DNA from: Mytilus californianus
Taxonomy: Eukaryota
Assembly (NCBI RefSeq): GCF_021869535.1
Contig: NW_026262745.1
Coordinates: 62,001 to 126,000 of the forward strand
Direction of reading: 5' to 3'
DNA: 64,000 nt
Shown: positions 63,577-64,000 of the stretch, in pieces
Numbering within the stretch: position 1 is the first letter of the stretch
How the letters are laid out: each line of letters begins with the position of its first letter
Position numbers and translations under genes: made by a program
The notes under the pieces: generated by a model
The model's database searches: none
What the model was told of the DNA's origin: nothing
Seen by the model: the letters and a program-made list of their open reading frames with translations, nothing else

Positions 63577-63691
63577 AATGTTTCTTGTATGGTAGAAGGT
63601 AGTGTATTTTCTATAAATTCGAAATTGTATGTTTCTTGTTTGAATGTTTCTTGTATGATAGAAGGCAGTGCATTTTCCATAAATTCGAAAT
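63577..63691. repeat. Local duplication with a 66-bp period in the probable 3' UTR of the B-box/Mieap gene
   Basis: AATGTTTCTTGTATG.TAGAAGG.AGTG.ATTTTC.ATAAATTCGAAAT at 63577 and 63643. Confidence 0.8.
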
Positions 63692-64000
63692 CTATTTCAT
63701 TTTCCTCTCTGTCGGTTTCTCTCAATTACTTCCAATAATTGTTGCTTAATGTTGTACTTAAACTTTTAGTGAAATTGTCAGAACCTCTGGTTAATAAGAA
63801 GCAACATCCTTGACCATGTTCAACAATCGTAAATCCATTTTGAATACACAAACTGAAAGCAAAACTCTGATTGCATTTTATGAGCAATACTGGGATTGGT
63901 AGACAGGTACATTGCTAACCTGTCTACAAGACTTGCTTGTAATAGGTAGTTTTTCGTAGTGGAAAACGATTCTGCATATATGTCCAGCTGATCTAAATAT

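Overview
AT-rich eukaryotic genomic DNA. The repeat families and gene style point to a bivalve, most likely a mussel (Mytilus); this is an inference. No rRNA, tRNA or CRISPR array was recognised. Four spliced genes could be assembled by hand with GT-AG junctions in consistent reading phase: (1) the last three exons (STAS domain) of an SLC26/prestin-like anion transporter (+, 39-2338); (2) an 11-exon, 519-aa mitochondrial succinate-semialdehyde dehydrogenase (ALDH5A1-like) (-, 21815-3206) with unusual active-site substitutions (ELGG>ENGG, Ser498-equivalent>Ala); (3) a 16-exon, 689-aa second SLC26 paralogue (+, 33913-52081) whose exon 2 and exon 3 acceptor junctions have each been tandemly amplified into the upstream intron; (4) a 9-exon, 671-aa RING-less B-box1/B-box2/coiled-coil protein that splices in frame to a Mieap(SPATA18)-like C-terminal domain (+, 55304-63438). 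Introns and intergenic DNA contain Helentron-type non-autonomous elements carrying satellite arrays (126/136, 35, 161, 134 and 168 bp units), a six-copy array with an exact 500-bp period, MITEs with target-site duplications, SINE fragments, a decayed Penelope-like reverse transcriptase and one intact minimal type I hammerhead ribozyme. Most short ORFs in the supplied track are repeat or intron artefacts. All gene models are sequence-only predictions with no RNA evidence.
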